Of a stretch of DNA of 64,000 nt, positions 21,304 through 30,592 are shown one piece after another (positions within the stretch are counted from its first letter, which is position 1; each line of letters opens with the position of its first letter). The notes below the pieces were generated by a model. The model did no database searches. It was not told where the DNA came from and saw nothing but the letters and a program-made list of their open reading frames with translations. Location: sequence record PV611058.1. One strand, written 5' to 3'. Both the position numbers and the translations under genes were made by a program.

Positions 21304-22080
21304 TTATAATCCAATGCTACCGAAAACACGGTCAATGATATCTAATCCTTGGTTTACGTTTTCAGGTAAAAGTGAATTTATTCTAGTACTGTACATTTCT
21401 TCGATATTATCGAATTGGATACAATTATCAGGTTTTATTGTAATAACCATTTCAACAGGAGAACTTGAACTATAGTCAAGTGAATCATATGATATATTTT
21501 GTATAACACATCCTGTTAGTACAAAGTACTCCATAACGCCAGCACTATTGTATGATGAACCACCAATGAACTGATCAACAGCGTTGACTAATCCAGTATT
21601 GTTGGTAGCGGCAGTTGTTGCATTAACTAATGTGTTTCTTCCCAAGTCTTCTAGTGTATCATCAGAGTTGCGACCATTCAACATCTGAATGACAATTCCG
21701 AACTTATATGAACCATAATCATGGTCAGTTCTGGAAGTAATTCTTCGTTGAAAATCTAATTGTTTCTGTAATTGTCTTGACAAGGCTTTTGCTGATGCAT
21801 TACCAACTGAATCACGGATAGTTAAAGTAATTGGGTCCCAATCGTGACTACCAATGTAAGATGTATTTGTTGTAAATTGATATAGTTTATGAGTACTGAA
21901 AGTAACAGTAGGTCTATCAACTTTATCAACATCTAATGCAATGTGATCACGCTCATCTATATCAGTACCGAAATTATATACAATAACACGAAATTTGTAT
22001 TTTGCTTTCGGTTGTAACATTGAACGGTTACGTCCTGATGGTAGAGGAACGCCATATTTATTAATCATGTTATTTGCCAT
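21304..22080 (-). CDS. Tail tube protein paralog
   Basis: YGVPL, QPKAKYKFRV and RDSVGNASAKAL shared with 22170..22856; WDPITLTIRD tube motif. Confidence 0.75.
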   Translation of the reverse strand: MANNMINKYGVPLPSGRNRSMLQPKAKYKFRVIVYNFGTDIDERDHIALDVDKVDRPTVTFSTHKLYQFTTNTSYIGSHDWDPITLTIRDSVGNASAKALSRQLQKQLDFQRRITSRTDHDYGSYKFGIVIQMLNGRNSDDTLEDLGRNTLVNATTAATNNTGLVNAVDQFIGGSSYNSAGVMEYFVLTGCVIQNISYDSLDYSSSSPVEMVITIKPDNCIQFDNIEEMYSTRINSLLPENVNQGLDIIDRVFGSIGL

Positions 22081-22124
22081 AGCAACCTCTTTTATTTTAT
22101 AAGGTATTATACTTTATTTAGCAT

Positions 22125-22153
22125 AAAAAAAGCCCCGAACTAGTTCGAGGCTT
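22125..22153 (-). terminator. Rho-independent terminator
   Basis: AAGCCCCGAAC-TA-GTTCGAGGCTT with A-run. Confidence 0.7.
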
Positions 22154-22169
22154 ACGTTTAAAAGAAAAA

Positions 22170-22856
22170 TTAATTTTCGTAGAAGTTACTATCTGGTAGA
22201 GTAGTACTACTAATGTTGGTTTGTGCACCACTAATAGAGGTAGCAGTGGATGGGTTACCGAAACCAGTAATTTCATCACCGAACGCTTCACCATTAGGAC
22301 CGAGTTTTGCACAGCCGTCTGGTTGAATTGTCATAGAAATAACTTGTGCTTCACTTGAGGAATAATCCCAGTCACCAAAGTTACTAGATTCGATAAAGCA
22401 GCCTTGACATACCCAAGTACTCAAAGTACCTTCAAAAAGGTTAGAAGTGTTTTCACTATTGGAGCCATCTAGCTCTTGAATCCACATTTCAAATTTGAAC
22501 TGGGAATCAGTCATACGAGATTCTTGACTGTAATAGTTAAATTCTTTACGCATTTGGTTATAAAGAGCTTTAGCAGAAGCATTACCAACTGAATCACGGA
22601 AAGCCACATCAATAGTATCCCAAGTATACTTACCTTTATAGTGAGCAGAACTGTTATAACTATGCACAGTGACGTTTTCATGTGATACAGATACAGCACC
22701 AACGGTGTTGGTATCTAGGGTAATCATATTGCCATCGTCGTTAGCACCGAAGCCAAAGAAAACAACACGGAATTTATATTTTGCTTTAGGTTGTTTCATA
22801 GAGATACGACCACCGCCAGCGAGCGGAACGCCATATCGATCAAGCATTGTAGCCAT
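22170..22856 (-). CDS. Tail tube protein
   Basis: Follows the sheath gene; WDTIDVAFRD and GDWDYSSSE..ISMTIQPD tube motifs; TAAATA upstream. Confidence 0.8.
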   Translation of the reverse strand: MATMLDRYGVPLAGGGRISMKQPKAKYKFRVVFFGFGANDDGNMITLDTNTVGAVSVSHENVTVHSYNSSAHYKGKYTWDTIDVAFRDSVGNASAKALYNQMRKEFNYYSQESRMTDSQFKFEMWIQELDGSNSENTSNLFEGTLSTWVCQGCFIESSNFGDWDYSSSEAQVISMTIQPDGCAKLGPNGEAFGDEITGFGNPSTATSISGAQTNISSTTLPDSNFYEN

Positions 22857-22913
22857 TTATATTCTCCTGTTATGGAATGACATCTTTATATTATTTATCT
22901 ATTACTTACACTT

Positions 22914-23160
22914 TTATTGAAGTATCTCATCAACAGGAAACCAATCTATATTCACACAATACAAGTACTTTTTTTCTTGTTTATGATCTGTATAGTTTAC
23001 ACCAACCGACCATTTACCATTTGTGTAAACATTGTATTCTCGAATTATACCGACAATGTTCCAAATTTTGTATAAAAGCTTTAAGGATTTTTACGGCATC
23101 GTCCTGTGTTGCTACAGTTTTACTTACATCTTGTAATGTTTTTTTAAGTATTTCTTCCAT
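22914..23160 (-). CDS. Small hypothetical protein (~81 aa) split by an apparent +1 frameshift; not in the ORF track
   Basis: AGGA RBS + ATG at 23160; frame 0 stops after 48 codons, while the +1 frame stays open to TAA at 22914 (GIIREYNVYTNGKWSVGV...WFPVDEILQ). Confidence 0.5.
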
Positions 23161-23211
23161 ATTATTCCTGATCGTTGAATTAATAACATAACGTATTTAA
23201 TTTTAAACAAT

Positions 23212-23237
23212 AAAAAAGGGAACCAAAAGGTTCCCTT
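23212..23237 (-). terminator. Rho-independent terminator after the sheath gene
   Basis: AAGGGAACC-AAAA-GGTTCCCTT with A-run. Confidence 0.8.
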
Positions 23238-23243
23238 AGTGTT

Positions 23244-25907
23244 TTATTGAGTCTTTTCAATACGAATAGGTACGTAAATGAAGTTGATAGACTTAGTAGG
23301 TTGGATTGCAATATCCATCCAAAGTTCGTTACGGTCAATACGTTCAGAAGTGTTGTTACTTTCGTCACAAACTACTGCGAAGTTATATAGACCTTGTTGT
23401 TGAACGATTTCAGCTAGGAAGCTATTCACTACACCACTGAATTCCTGACGAGTACTTGGAGTATTCAAACGGAATAGGAATGGTTCAGAGATGATTTCTA
23501 GTTGACGACGAATGTAAACAACCAAACGAGCAACGTTAACACGGCTTAGTGCAGAGGTTTGGTTAGCAGATAGTGTTTTATCACCATATACTAGCAAGCC
23601 ACGGTTAGGACGCATTGCAATTGGGTTAATGTTGTTGGTATACATCACGTCACGTTGACCTTGGTTGTATACTACTGGTTGATATTCACCTTCACTGTTA
23701 ATGAAACCAGTACTTGCAGCGTTGGTTACAACACCACGAGTAGTACCAGCAGGTGGATACCATACAAAACTAACACTATCACTGTACGCATAGGTACGCA
23801 TTGCAACAGTACTGCCTGGAACCGCTACTTCTTCACCATCAACGTTAGTACTTAGACACCAGCCCATGTACTGAGCAGCATAATCATATGCAGAAGTACG
23901 GCCTACTGAACCATTACTTGGTGCGTTATTCGCGTTAGTAGCCCATTCTTGAACTGCACTACCGTTTCCGGTTGGGTTCAAACGAGCAGGTACATCAGTT
24001 ACAATGAACGCTGTTTCTTTACGATCAGTGTTTAGGGTAATACATTCATCTAGAGTTTCTACATAACCAGGAACACAGATTAGGTTGAAGTCGATGAATT
24101 CAGAACGGATATCATCATTACCGACGATTACAGAAGCTAGTGCTTCAACGATTAGTTTGCGTTGTGCTGCACGACCGAATAGACCTGCACCATCAAGACT
24201 AACACCACTAACAACTTGCCATTGACCATTAACCATTTTCTTAACAACACCTTCGGTATTACCGAGGTCAATTGCAAGCATACCATTCTGATAAAGAGCA
24301 GCAGAAGCAACTTGTTCAGGGAAGTTAAAGTCAGCGAAAATCATACCGTTTAGAGTACTTTGGTCAGTATTGTCTAGTTTAACCCACTCACCATCAACGT
24401 TACGATAGAAATCATAACCATCAATACCTTGAGATAGAGGGCGTACCCAAATTAGGCGGTCAGCCGCTGGCTCATCAACTTGAACGTATTTGTTATCTTC
24501 TTGTACTAGATCCCATTCGTCATTTGCAACATCTGCAATGTACATGGTAACAGTTAGGTTATCTGAATTACCGAAATCATACCAAATAGTACCGTCTTTA
24601 GCAATACTACGTGGAACAGAAGAGCTAACACGCAAGTTATTAACGTTAACTAGAGAATAGTTGTTACTATCTACAGTTAGTTTAGCCAGTTCATTCGCTG
24701 CAAAAATATCATCCCCACTTTGGGTAACTTTGAAGCTATAACCTTTGGTGTTTGTAACTACCAAACCACCATTAGATTCACGCTTGAATTTGAATCCATC
24801 ATTGATAAGGTCAGCACTAACATTTAGATTATCGATGATAGTTTGAGTATTAATTACGCCACCTTGTGGTACTGCAAGTACTTTAACAGATTTGTTTAGG
24901 TAAGCGAAAGTCAAATAACTATTTTCACCAGCTTGCTCAATAACAGTTTCACCTAGTGGTACTGCTGGAGCACTAATTGCTGATAGTTTTGCACTTTGAA
25001 TATAGAAAGAGAAACTCTTACTATCATCATCAAAACGGCAAGCAATATAACTGTTGTTTAGTACACCACTCTTAGCTTCAACTTCTTGGAAAGAATTACC
25101 AGTATATGCTGGAACGATATTCCAAACTTGAGTTAGAGATGCATAACGTTTTAGAACAAAACGAGTACCAAAATAGTTTGAACCATTTTGAGTATAACCA
25201 TCACGAATCCATACGTTACCTTGTTCAACAGTTGAACCAACTGGAACTTTGTTGATTGGTGATAGATAAGTTTCAACCTGTACTAGACCAGATGCTGCAC
25301 GTTTGTACATAAGCATTTGACCATTACTTGGTTTGTAACGTAGAACGAGATCATCAACGTTTAGACCAACTAGGCTTACATCGTCAACTTCTTCAGAACT
25401 TACGATTGTAACAGGCTTTAATTGCCAGTCATAGAAACTGCTTGGGCTGTCTTTCTTAGCAACATAAGCTTCAATTTGTGATTGAGCAGCATCAAACCAT
25501 AGAGTACCATTTGGTACTGGACCAGTTGGTGCAGTTGCACTTGGTGATAGTTGAGCTAAATCGATATCAGCACGAATAACATATGCACGGTTGGTGATGC
25601 CTAGATAAGAATATACAGCATGTAGACCATATTCGTTTAGTTCGTCACCTTGAACAACTGAACCATTGTTCATTTGGAAAATTGGTGAGCCAAATGTATC
25701 TAGTGAGCTTTTCTGTGATGTTAGTAGCTGTAGTTTACCAGCGTTTGCTTTAGTGGTTCCAGCAGCGATTGCACTGCTACCAGGAACAAGTTTGTCTTCA
25801 GCAGTAGCGATTACAAATAGTGGTACTGTGCCAGGAGCAGCAGCAGTACTCATACTTTCATCAGTTACTGAAATGGAAACGCCAGGTGAGAGTAGATCTC
25901 CTGCCAT
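23244..25907 (-). CDS. Tail sheath protein (887 aa)
   Basis: N-terminal LLSPGVSISVTDES; C-terminal WYPPAGTTRG, NINPI, VYGDKT, SRVNVARL, FIYVPIR. Confidence 0.93.
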   Translation of the reverse strand: MAGDLLSPGVSISVTDESMSTAAAPGTVPLFVIATAEDKLVPGSSAIAAGTTKANAGKLQLLTSQKSSLDTFGSPIFQMNNGSVVQGDELNEYGLHAVYSYLGITNRAYVIRADIDLAQLSPSATAPTGPVPNGTLWFDAAQSQIEAYVAKKDSPSSFYDWQLKPVTIVSSEEVDDVSLVGLNVDDLVLRYKPSNGQMLMYKRAASGLVQVETYLSPINKVPVGSTVEQGNVWIRDGYTQNGSNYFGTRFVLKRYASLTQVWNIVPAYTGNSFQEVEAKSGVLNNSYIACRFDDDSKSFSFYIQSAKLSAISAPAVPLGETVIEQAGENSYLTFAYLNKSVKVLAVPQGGVINTQTIIDNLNVSADLINDGFKFKRESNGGLVVTNTKGYSFKVTQSGDDIFAANELAKLTVDSNNYSLVNVNNLRVSSSVPRSIAKDGTIWYDFGNSDNLTVTMYIADVANDEWDLVQEDNKYVQVDEPAADRLIWVRPLSQGIDGYDFYRNVDGEWVKLDNTDQSTLNGMIFADFNFPEQVASAALYQNGMLAIDLGNTEGVVKKMVNGQWQVVSGVSLDGAGLFGRAAQRKLIVEALASVIVGNDDIRSEFIDFNLICVPGYVETLDECITLNTDRKETAFIVTDVPARLNPTGNGSAVQEWATNANNAPSNGSVGRTSAYDYAAQYMGWCLSTNVDGEEVAVPGSTVAMRTYAYSDSVSFVWYPPAGTTRGVVTNAASTGFINSEGEYQPVVYNQGQRDVMYTNNINPIAMRPNRGLLVYGDKTLSANQTSALSRVNVARLVVYIRRQLEIISEPFLFRLNTPSTRQEFSGVVNSFLAEIVQQQGLYNFAVVCDESNNTSERIDRNELWMDIAIQPTKSINFIYVPIRIEKTQ

Positions 25908-26001
25908 ATTAAATCCTCCAAAAATAATTGGTTATTCGAATTATATTCGTATAGTCTTATTTATTGAAGGATTTGAATGTCAAGTCCTAATTGTTTTAAT
26001 T

Positions 26002-26628
26002 TCACTTATTGGCATAAATAACGCTCAATGCTTGTTGGTGCAACGCTTCAATTGTGCTATTATTTTGTACAATGATATCAGGATTATTGATACCAATCCA
26101 TGCCCATTCAGATTCATGAACTGATTCTAACTCAATTGGTTTCATGCTAATATCACCTTTATTAAAAGATGCTGCTAAACCATACCAGTGTGGGAGGGTA
26201 CGCTGAACTTCAATCACAATACCATTTAATGAACGAATCATTTTTAGTTCATTTGGAAATCGGCAGTCAGTAATGATAATATTCCCTTCAACCGATTGCA
26301 TTGACTTCTCTAAACTATGGACCCAAATATCATTATGAAAGTACTTACGCAAAATATTAGTACCGTAATTCTGTAATACCCAACGAGGGGAAACATCATC
26401 ACGCCCCAACTTCTCACACCAGTACTGGTCTGGCTCTTCACGGAGTTTACGACTTTCCTTAGTCGAACCCTCAAGCATTTCACGATCCCATCCAAAGATA
26501 GCAGCAACTGAATCTTTAAGATTAGTTGCAAATGACATTCTTGTGTAACCATTATTGATAAAAGTTTCACCAAAAGTATCTTTGCCACTACCGATAGTAC
26601 CGTTAATTGCAATTATTTGTCTTTCCAT
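26002..26628 (-). CDS. Deoxynucleoside monophosphate kinase (T4 gp1-like)
   Basis: GTIGSGKDT P-loop, SFA..LK, PRWVLQNYGT, ITDCRFPNE. Confidence 0.92.
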   Translation of the reverse strand: MERQIIAINGTIGSGKDTFGETFINNGYTRMSFATNLKDSVAAIFGWDREMLEGSTKESRKLREEPDQYWCEKLGRDDVSPRWVLQNYGTNILRKYFHNDIWVHSLEKSMQSVEGNIIITDCRFPNELKMIRSLNGIVIEVQRTLPHWYGLAASFNKGDISMKPIELESVHESEWAWIGINNPDIIVQNNSTIEALHQQALSVIYANK

Positions 26629-26646
26629 AATACTTCTCCATGTATA

Positions 26647-26925
26647 TTATATAAGTACTACTAAATCCTTTCCTACTAAACATTCAAGTAATCCAACTAT
26701 AAACTCACTCCCATAATATATAGTAACATAAGTGATGTAGAATGTTTCTCCATTATCATCACGACATATACTCGCCCACGCGTTTATTCGATCTCTACCG
26801 AAAACATCTACGATTGATTCTTTTATAAATTTCCAGTTCTTTTCGGTTGATTCATAATCCAATGTAGGTGCTCCACAAGTATATTTGTTATACATTGCAT
26901 ACATTGCATCTATGTTGTTATTCAT
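26647..26925 (-). CDS. Hypothetical protein (92 aa)
   Basis: ORF with AAGGA RBS and an extended -10 (TGTGATATAAT) upstream. Confidence 0.6.
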   Translation of the reverse strand: MNNNIDAMYAMYNKYTCGAPTLDYESTEKNWKFIKESIVDVFGRDRINAWASICRDDNGETFYITYVTIYYGSEFIVGLLECLVGKDLVVLI

Positions 26926-26969
26926 GTCAGGTTCCTTTAGATTAATATTATCATTATATCACAACATAT

Positions 26970-27002
26970 AAAAAAAGACCCCATATAGGAGTCTTTTTTT
27001 TT
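26970..27002. terminator. Bidirectional terminator
   Basis: AAAAAAGAC-CCCATATAGGA-GTCTTTTTTT. Confidence 0.7.
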
Positions 27003-27005
27003 GTT

Positions 27006-27797
27006 TTATCCGATAATCATTCCAAGTGGATCACCACCATCTTTGTATCTCTTCAACTGTTCTTTAAGCTGTTCTTGAAGTTGTGCACCTTCATTACGTA
27101 ATGTATCACCATCCATAGAGAATGTACCCTGTGGTCCAGGCAATGTAGCAAATTTAGCACGGTTGCGACCCAACATAATCATAGCTTCAGACAATGCCCA
27201 GTCACGTAGCCAAGGATAGCTTTGTTGACGTTGGAATAGCAATGGTTCAGGTATATTATGATATACATGTAATAGCACTTCTTCAGTACCACGAATATCA
27301 CGGTCAATTATTAGTTTTTTGGTCATTGGGTTGAACTGGAAGATGATTTCTCTACCAAACATACGCCCAACTAATTCTTGGAACTGAAAACTAAAATCAT
27401 AAGTAGTTAAGTCATAACCACCAGCGTTACGTGCAGACGTTAAAAGGTAAGTGTTGGTAAATGCGAGTGAAAAAGGGTCTACTGAGTTACCACTACCAGA
27501 ACTTAGATAACCGTTACCATAACGATAAATCTGTTTGACAATTTCAACTTCAGTAGGAAGCATGTATACAGATTGTGAATCATAGAATTTCATGTTCAAG
27601 AATGCTTCTTCTTTTGAAGCAGAACTCCATGCTCGGTAGTTTGATACCGCATTATCAATTGCAATTTCCAATTGACCATCAGTAATTTCAACTTCAACTG
27701 CACCAGCACCTAACATTTGAGTGATAACATCTTTCAGTTTTTCACGATGATCAAAGTTTGGAGCATCTGGGTTCCCACCCATATAATCGTAAGACAT
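27006..27797 (-). CDS. Neck protein (T4 gp13-like)
   Basis: LKDVITQMLGAGAVEVEITDGQLEIAIDNAV N-terminal motif; WLRDWALSEA...LGRNRAKF...LPGPQG; start at MSYDY (GAGGTG RBS). Confidence 0.85.
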   Translation of the reverse strand: MSYDYMGGNPDAPNFDHREKLKDVITQMLGAGAVEVEITDGQLEIAIDNAVSNYRAWSSASKEEAFLNMKFYDSQSVYMLPTEVEIVKQIYRYGNGYLSSGSGNSVDPFSLAFTNTYLLTSARNAGGYDLTTYDFSFQFQELVGRMFGREIIFQFNPMTKKLIIDRDIRGTEEVLLHVYHNIPEPLLFQRQQSYPWLRDWALSEAMIMLGRNRAKFATLPGPQGTFSMDGDTLRNEGAQLQEQLKEQLKRYKDGGDPLGMIIG

Positions 27798-27847
27798 AAA
27801 AAAGCACCTCATTAATGTTTATATACATTATTTAGAGGTGCTAATAG

Positions 27848-28066
27848 TTATTTGGAATTATACAAGCAATACAAGTATACCATAGGAGCAAAATGTTCGG
27901 TATCAACTAAGTATATTAACTGGGTGTCATATATACCGTACAAATCTCGAAATTTATCTCTGTACAGCAACAATGACTTATTGTTGTGTGGGTCAACCCA
28001 GTACTTTAAGTCATTGTAGTGCAACGTGTTATTACGGTAACCTGATAATATTTGTTTTTTAGCCAA
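27848..28066 (-). CDS. Hypothetical protein (TTG start, no clear RBS)
   Basis: ORF track only; could be a +1-frame continuation of 28059..28436. Confidence 0.35.
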   Translation of the reverse strand: MAKKQILSGYRNNTLHYNDLKYWVDPHNNKSLLLYRDKFRDLYGIYDTQLIYLVDTEHFAPMVYLYCLYNSK

Positions 28067-28436
28067 CTTTTTTACAATTACTTAGTAAATGCATGATGGC
28101 ATCAGCGGTAAATGGTCCCAGTACTAAAACTTCTTCTCCATTACCGAAGATACTCAATGGTACAGATTGTTGTCCTGCTAGATATTCGATTTGTTCTAAT
28201 TCGAAAATGTCATCAGCAGCATAAACAACCTGTTCCATTTCATTATCTTTAATCCATGACTGCCAATGTTCTTTAAACTGCTTCGCTTCGTATTCCAGTA
28301 CATAGTTAGGTGATTCTGGATTGTACTGATGTAGCATTGTCATACCAGCCATAACCAGTTCTTTTGGTGATGGAGTAGAATCTTTCAGTACTACGATAGC
28401 TTGGATAGTTTTAACTTTAACGTTTTGAGCAGCCAT
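28059..28436 (-). CDS. Degenerate peptidyl-tRNA hydrolase 2 (Pth2)-like protein
   Basis: QAIVVLKD...WQSW...VVY..DD..EL...A....P...LVLGP pattern follows Pth2, but the AQxxH and DAGxT motifs are missing. Confidence 0.5.
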   Translation of the reverse strand: MAAQNVKVKTIQAIVVLKDSTPSPKELVMAGMTMLHQYNPESPNYVLEYEAKQFKEHWQSWIKDNEMEQVVYAADDIFELEQIEYLAGQQSVPLSIFGNGEEVLVLGPFTADAIMHLLSNCKKVG

Positions 28437-28448
28437 TAGATACCTCTA

Positions 28449-28766
28449 TTATAGGATGATTTTGTTATCAGGAACAATCAGTGCTGGTTTTTCTTCGATA
28501 GCCTTGATTGCTTCAACATAAGCTTCAACTAGTGCAGGGTTTGCATCGCTGATGCTAATGATGTTGGATTTATAAAAAATAACGCCTTTTTCAGAACTAA
28601 TGAATTCTAGGTAATCACGTAGAATGATTTCACCTTGTTCGTCAGTACCTAGCTGTGCTGGGTAGTTAACTACTACTGCTTCTGGTGCATCATTTTGTAG
28701 AATTGCTAGTACTGGGCCAACGCTGTTGATGTTTAGTAGTTTAACGGTCATAGTCATTTTTGTCAA
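28449..28766 (-). CDS. Hypothetical protein (105 aa)
   Basis: ORF with RBS. Confidence 0.65.
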   Translation of the reverse strand: MTKMTMTVKLLNINSVGPVLAILQNDAPEAVVVNYPAQLGTDEQGEIILRDYLEFISSEKGVIFYKSNIISISDANPALVEAYVEAIKAIEEKPALIVPDNKIIL

Positions 28767-28776
28767 GTCCTTTTGT

Positions 28777-29253
28777 TTATTTTAGAATGTATAAGTGTTT
28801 TTCTGCATTAACCAGTCTGTGGTCAATGATTTCTTTGATAACGTTCCAGTTACCACCGCCTAAATCGGCTCCAATTTTCGGGAAGTGTACATGAACAGTG
28901 CGTTCAACGTTACATAAGTAATTGAGTTGTTTGAAAACATCATCGATTGCATCATAACTTACATACTTAGAACCGTCATTACCATAGTACTTTTGGGTAA
29001 TGCAGTTTGCGATAAGCAAATCATCACTTATAGAAGAATATGAAATTTGTCCTGTTCTTAGAAATCCCATTTCCTTTTCATATGCTTTATAATCATCATA
29101 TGCCATCGGATAACGATTTCTTAGTTCTTTTGCAAAACCCGAACCCATCTTACCCTGTGCATTACAACCATGAGCGATTATATGCAACGCGGTTTGATCA
29201 TCAGTAACAGTGTTGAATAATTCAAACAAATTACCTAGGTGTTCATGTATCAT
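28777..29253 (-). CDS. Macro-domain (ADP-ribose binding/processing) protein
   Basis: IAHGCNAQGKMGSGFA, IANCITQ, FPKIGADLGGGNW. Confidence 0.88.
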   Translation of the reverse strand: MIHEHLGNLFELFNTVTDDQTALHIIAHGCNAQGKMGSGFAKELRNRYPMAYDDYKAYEKEMGFLRTGQISYSSISDDLLIANCITQKYYGNDGSKYVSYDAIDDVFKQLNYLCNVERTVHVHFPKIGADLGGGNWNVIKEIIDHRLVNAEKHLYILK

Positions 29254-29270
29254 TATATTCTCCGAAAAGA

Positions 29271-29294
29271 AAGGACTCTGTAATCAGAGTCCTT
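29271..29294 (-). terminator. Rho-independent terminator
   Basis: AAGGACTCTG-TAAT-CAGAGTCCTT. Confidence 0.75.
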
Positions 29295-29304
29295 AATTTA
29301 TATT

Positions 29305-29547
29305 TTATTCTTCTTCACCGAATCGAATTTTTTTCAATTCTTTTCGTTGTTTGCGAGCAATGGTACTTTTGTGAAGTCTATTACCACGTTTTGTGTCTTT
29401 CGTAATGTACCATGAATCTTCTGGTGCATCATAATCACAATAACCATCTTCTGTAATCGTCCCTAAGAAAGCAGACTTTTTAGGAATGGATGTTTGAGCT
29501 TTAGCAGCGAATTGGCCTTTTGCTAATTGTTCACGAAAACTGAGCAT
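29305..29547 (-). CDS. Small basic hypothetical protein
   Basis: GGAG RBS before MLSFRE. Confidence 0.6.
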   Translation of the reverse strand: MLSFREQLAKGQFAAKAQTSIPKKSAFLGTITEDGYCDYDAPEDSWYITKDTKRGNRLHKSTIARKQRKELKKIRFGEEE

Positions 29548-29592
29548 AATAGTATCTCCCAAATTGTTACGAAGAACTTGTGTTCTTCATTA

Positions 29593-29835
29593 TTATTTAG
29601 GGTTGCTCGAAACCTCTACTGAAGCGATGAATGCCAAAATATCATCTTTACTGAAAGCTTCAATAATATAAGCAACCGCTTTATCGTACTGTTCTTTCTT
29701 AGTAGTGTATTCTTTCATTTTGTGAATTTTACGTTGTGCTTTAACTTTTGCAGCTTCCATATCAGGCATTTTAAATTCAACACCCAATGTGTCAGCTAAA
29801 TGTTTTGCACGAGATGATACTTTATCAATATTCAT
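29593..29835 (-). CDS. Hypothetical protein (80 aa)
   Basis: ORF track, translationally coupled to the glutaredoxin gene. Confidence 0.6.
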   Translation of the reverse strand: MNIDKVSSRAKHLADTLGVEFKMPDMEAAKVKAQRKIHKMKEYTTKKEQYDKAVAYIIEAFSKDDILAFIASVEVSSNPK

Positions 29836-30083
29836 TAATTCCAGCGACCTTCTTTAAGACCTTCAACGAAACCAGTACAGCCACCTGGAACGTAAACATC
29901 GTTTACGAAAATTTGTGGAACCTGTCGTACTGGCTCACCACATAGTTCAGATAGTTTAGCACCATCAATACCAGCGGTAACAATATCGATAAACTCCATA
30001 TCAAATTTGTTATTTTCACATACTGCTTTAGCAGTGTCGCAGAATTTACAACCAGTAGTGCGACCATAAATTTTAACTTTCAT
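29835..30083 (-). CDS. Glutaredoxin
   Basis: CKFC active site, RQVPQIFVND..GG. Confidence 0.92.
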   Translation of the reverse strand: MKVKIYGRTTGCKFCDTAKAVCENNKFDMEFIDIVTAGIDGAKLSELCGEPVRQVPQIFVNDVYVPGGCTGFVEGLKEGRWN

Positions 30084-30517
30084 TTCTTTTCCCTTTATTT
30101 CGTTGAAACATCGTAACAGCCTTTATTATACTGTTACACATTCGTTCAGTCAAATACTTTTGACAATCTAGTACATCAATGTACATGAACTTATCCAATT
30201 CTGGGTGACTTCTACCATATCTGTTTGTGTAAGTACTTTTACACACCAACTCTTCTGGTATAGGCTTATCTTTGGCTGTATAGAAAAATAAAACTAAACG
30301 TTTCCCCTTTCTATACGATACATCACCAAGAAACAGAAGATCATCTTCATCGATTTCATATCCTGTCTCTTCGTAGCATTCACGTACAGCAGCCTCTTTA
30401 AATGTTTCTGTACCTTCAGTTTTACCTTTAGGTAAGTCCCAGTGATTCTGTCCGTGTTGTATGCCCGATAAGTATCTGACCATCACGATAAAATATTATA
30501 CCACAGCTATAACGCAT
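30073..30517 (-). CDS. NUDIX hydrolase, with an apparent +1 frameshift near 30454
   Basis: NUDIX box GKTEGTETFKEAAVRECYEETG. The family-like N-terminus MRYSCGIIFYRDGQILIGHTT starts at 30517, one base out of frame. Confidence 0.85.
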
Positions 30518-30592
30518 AATCTTATCTCTTTATCATCAAGTGATGTTCAGATACTAGTAATTATATCAGAAGATGTTAACTTGTCCCAGCTT

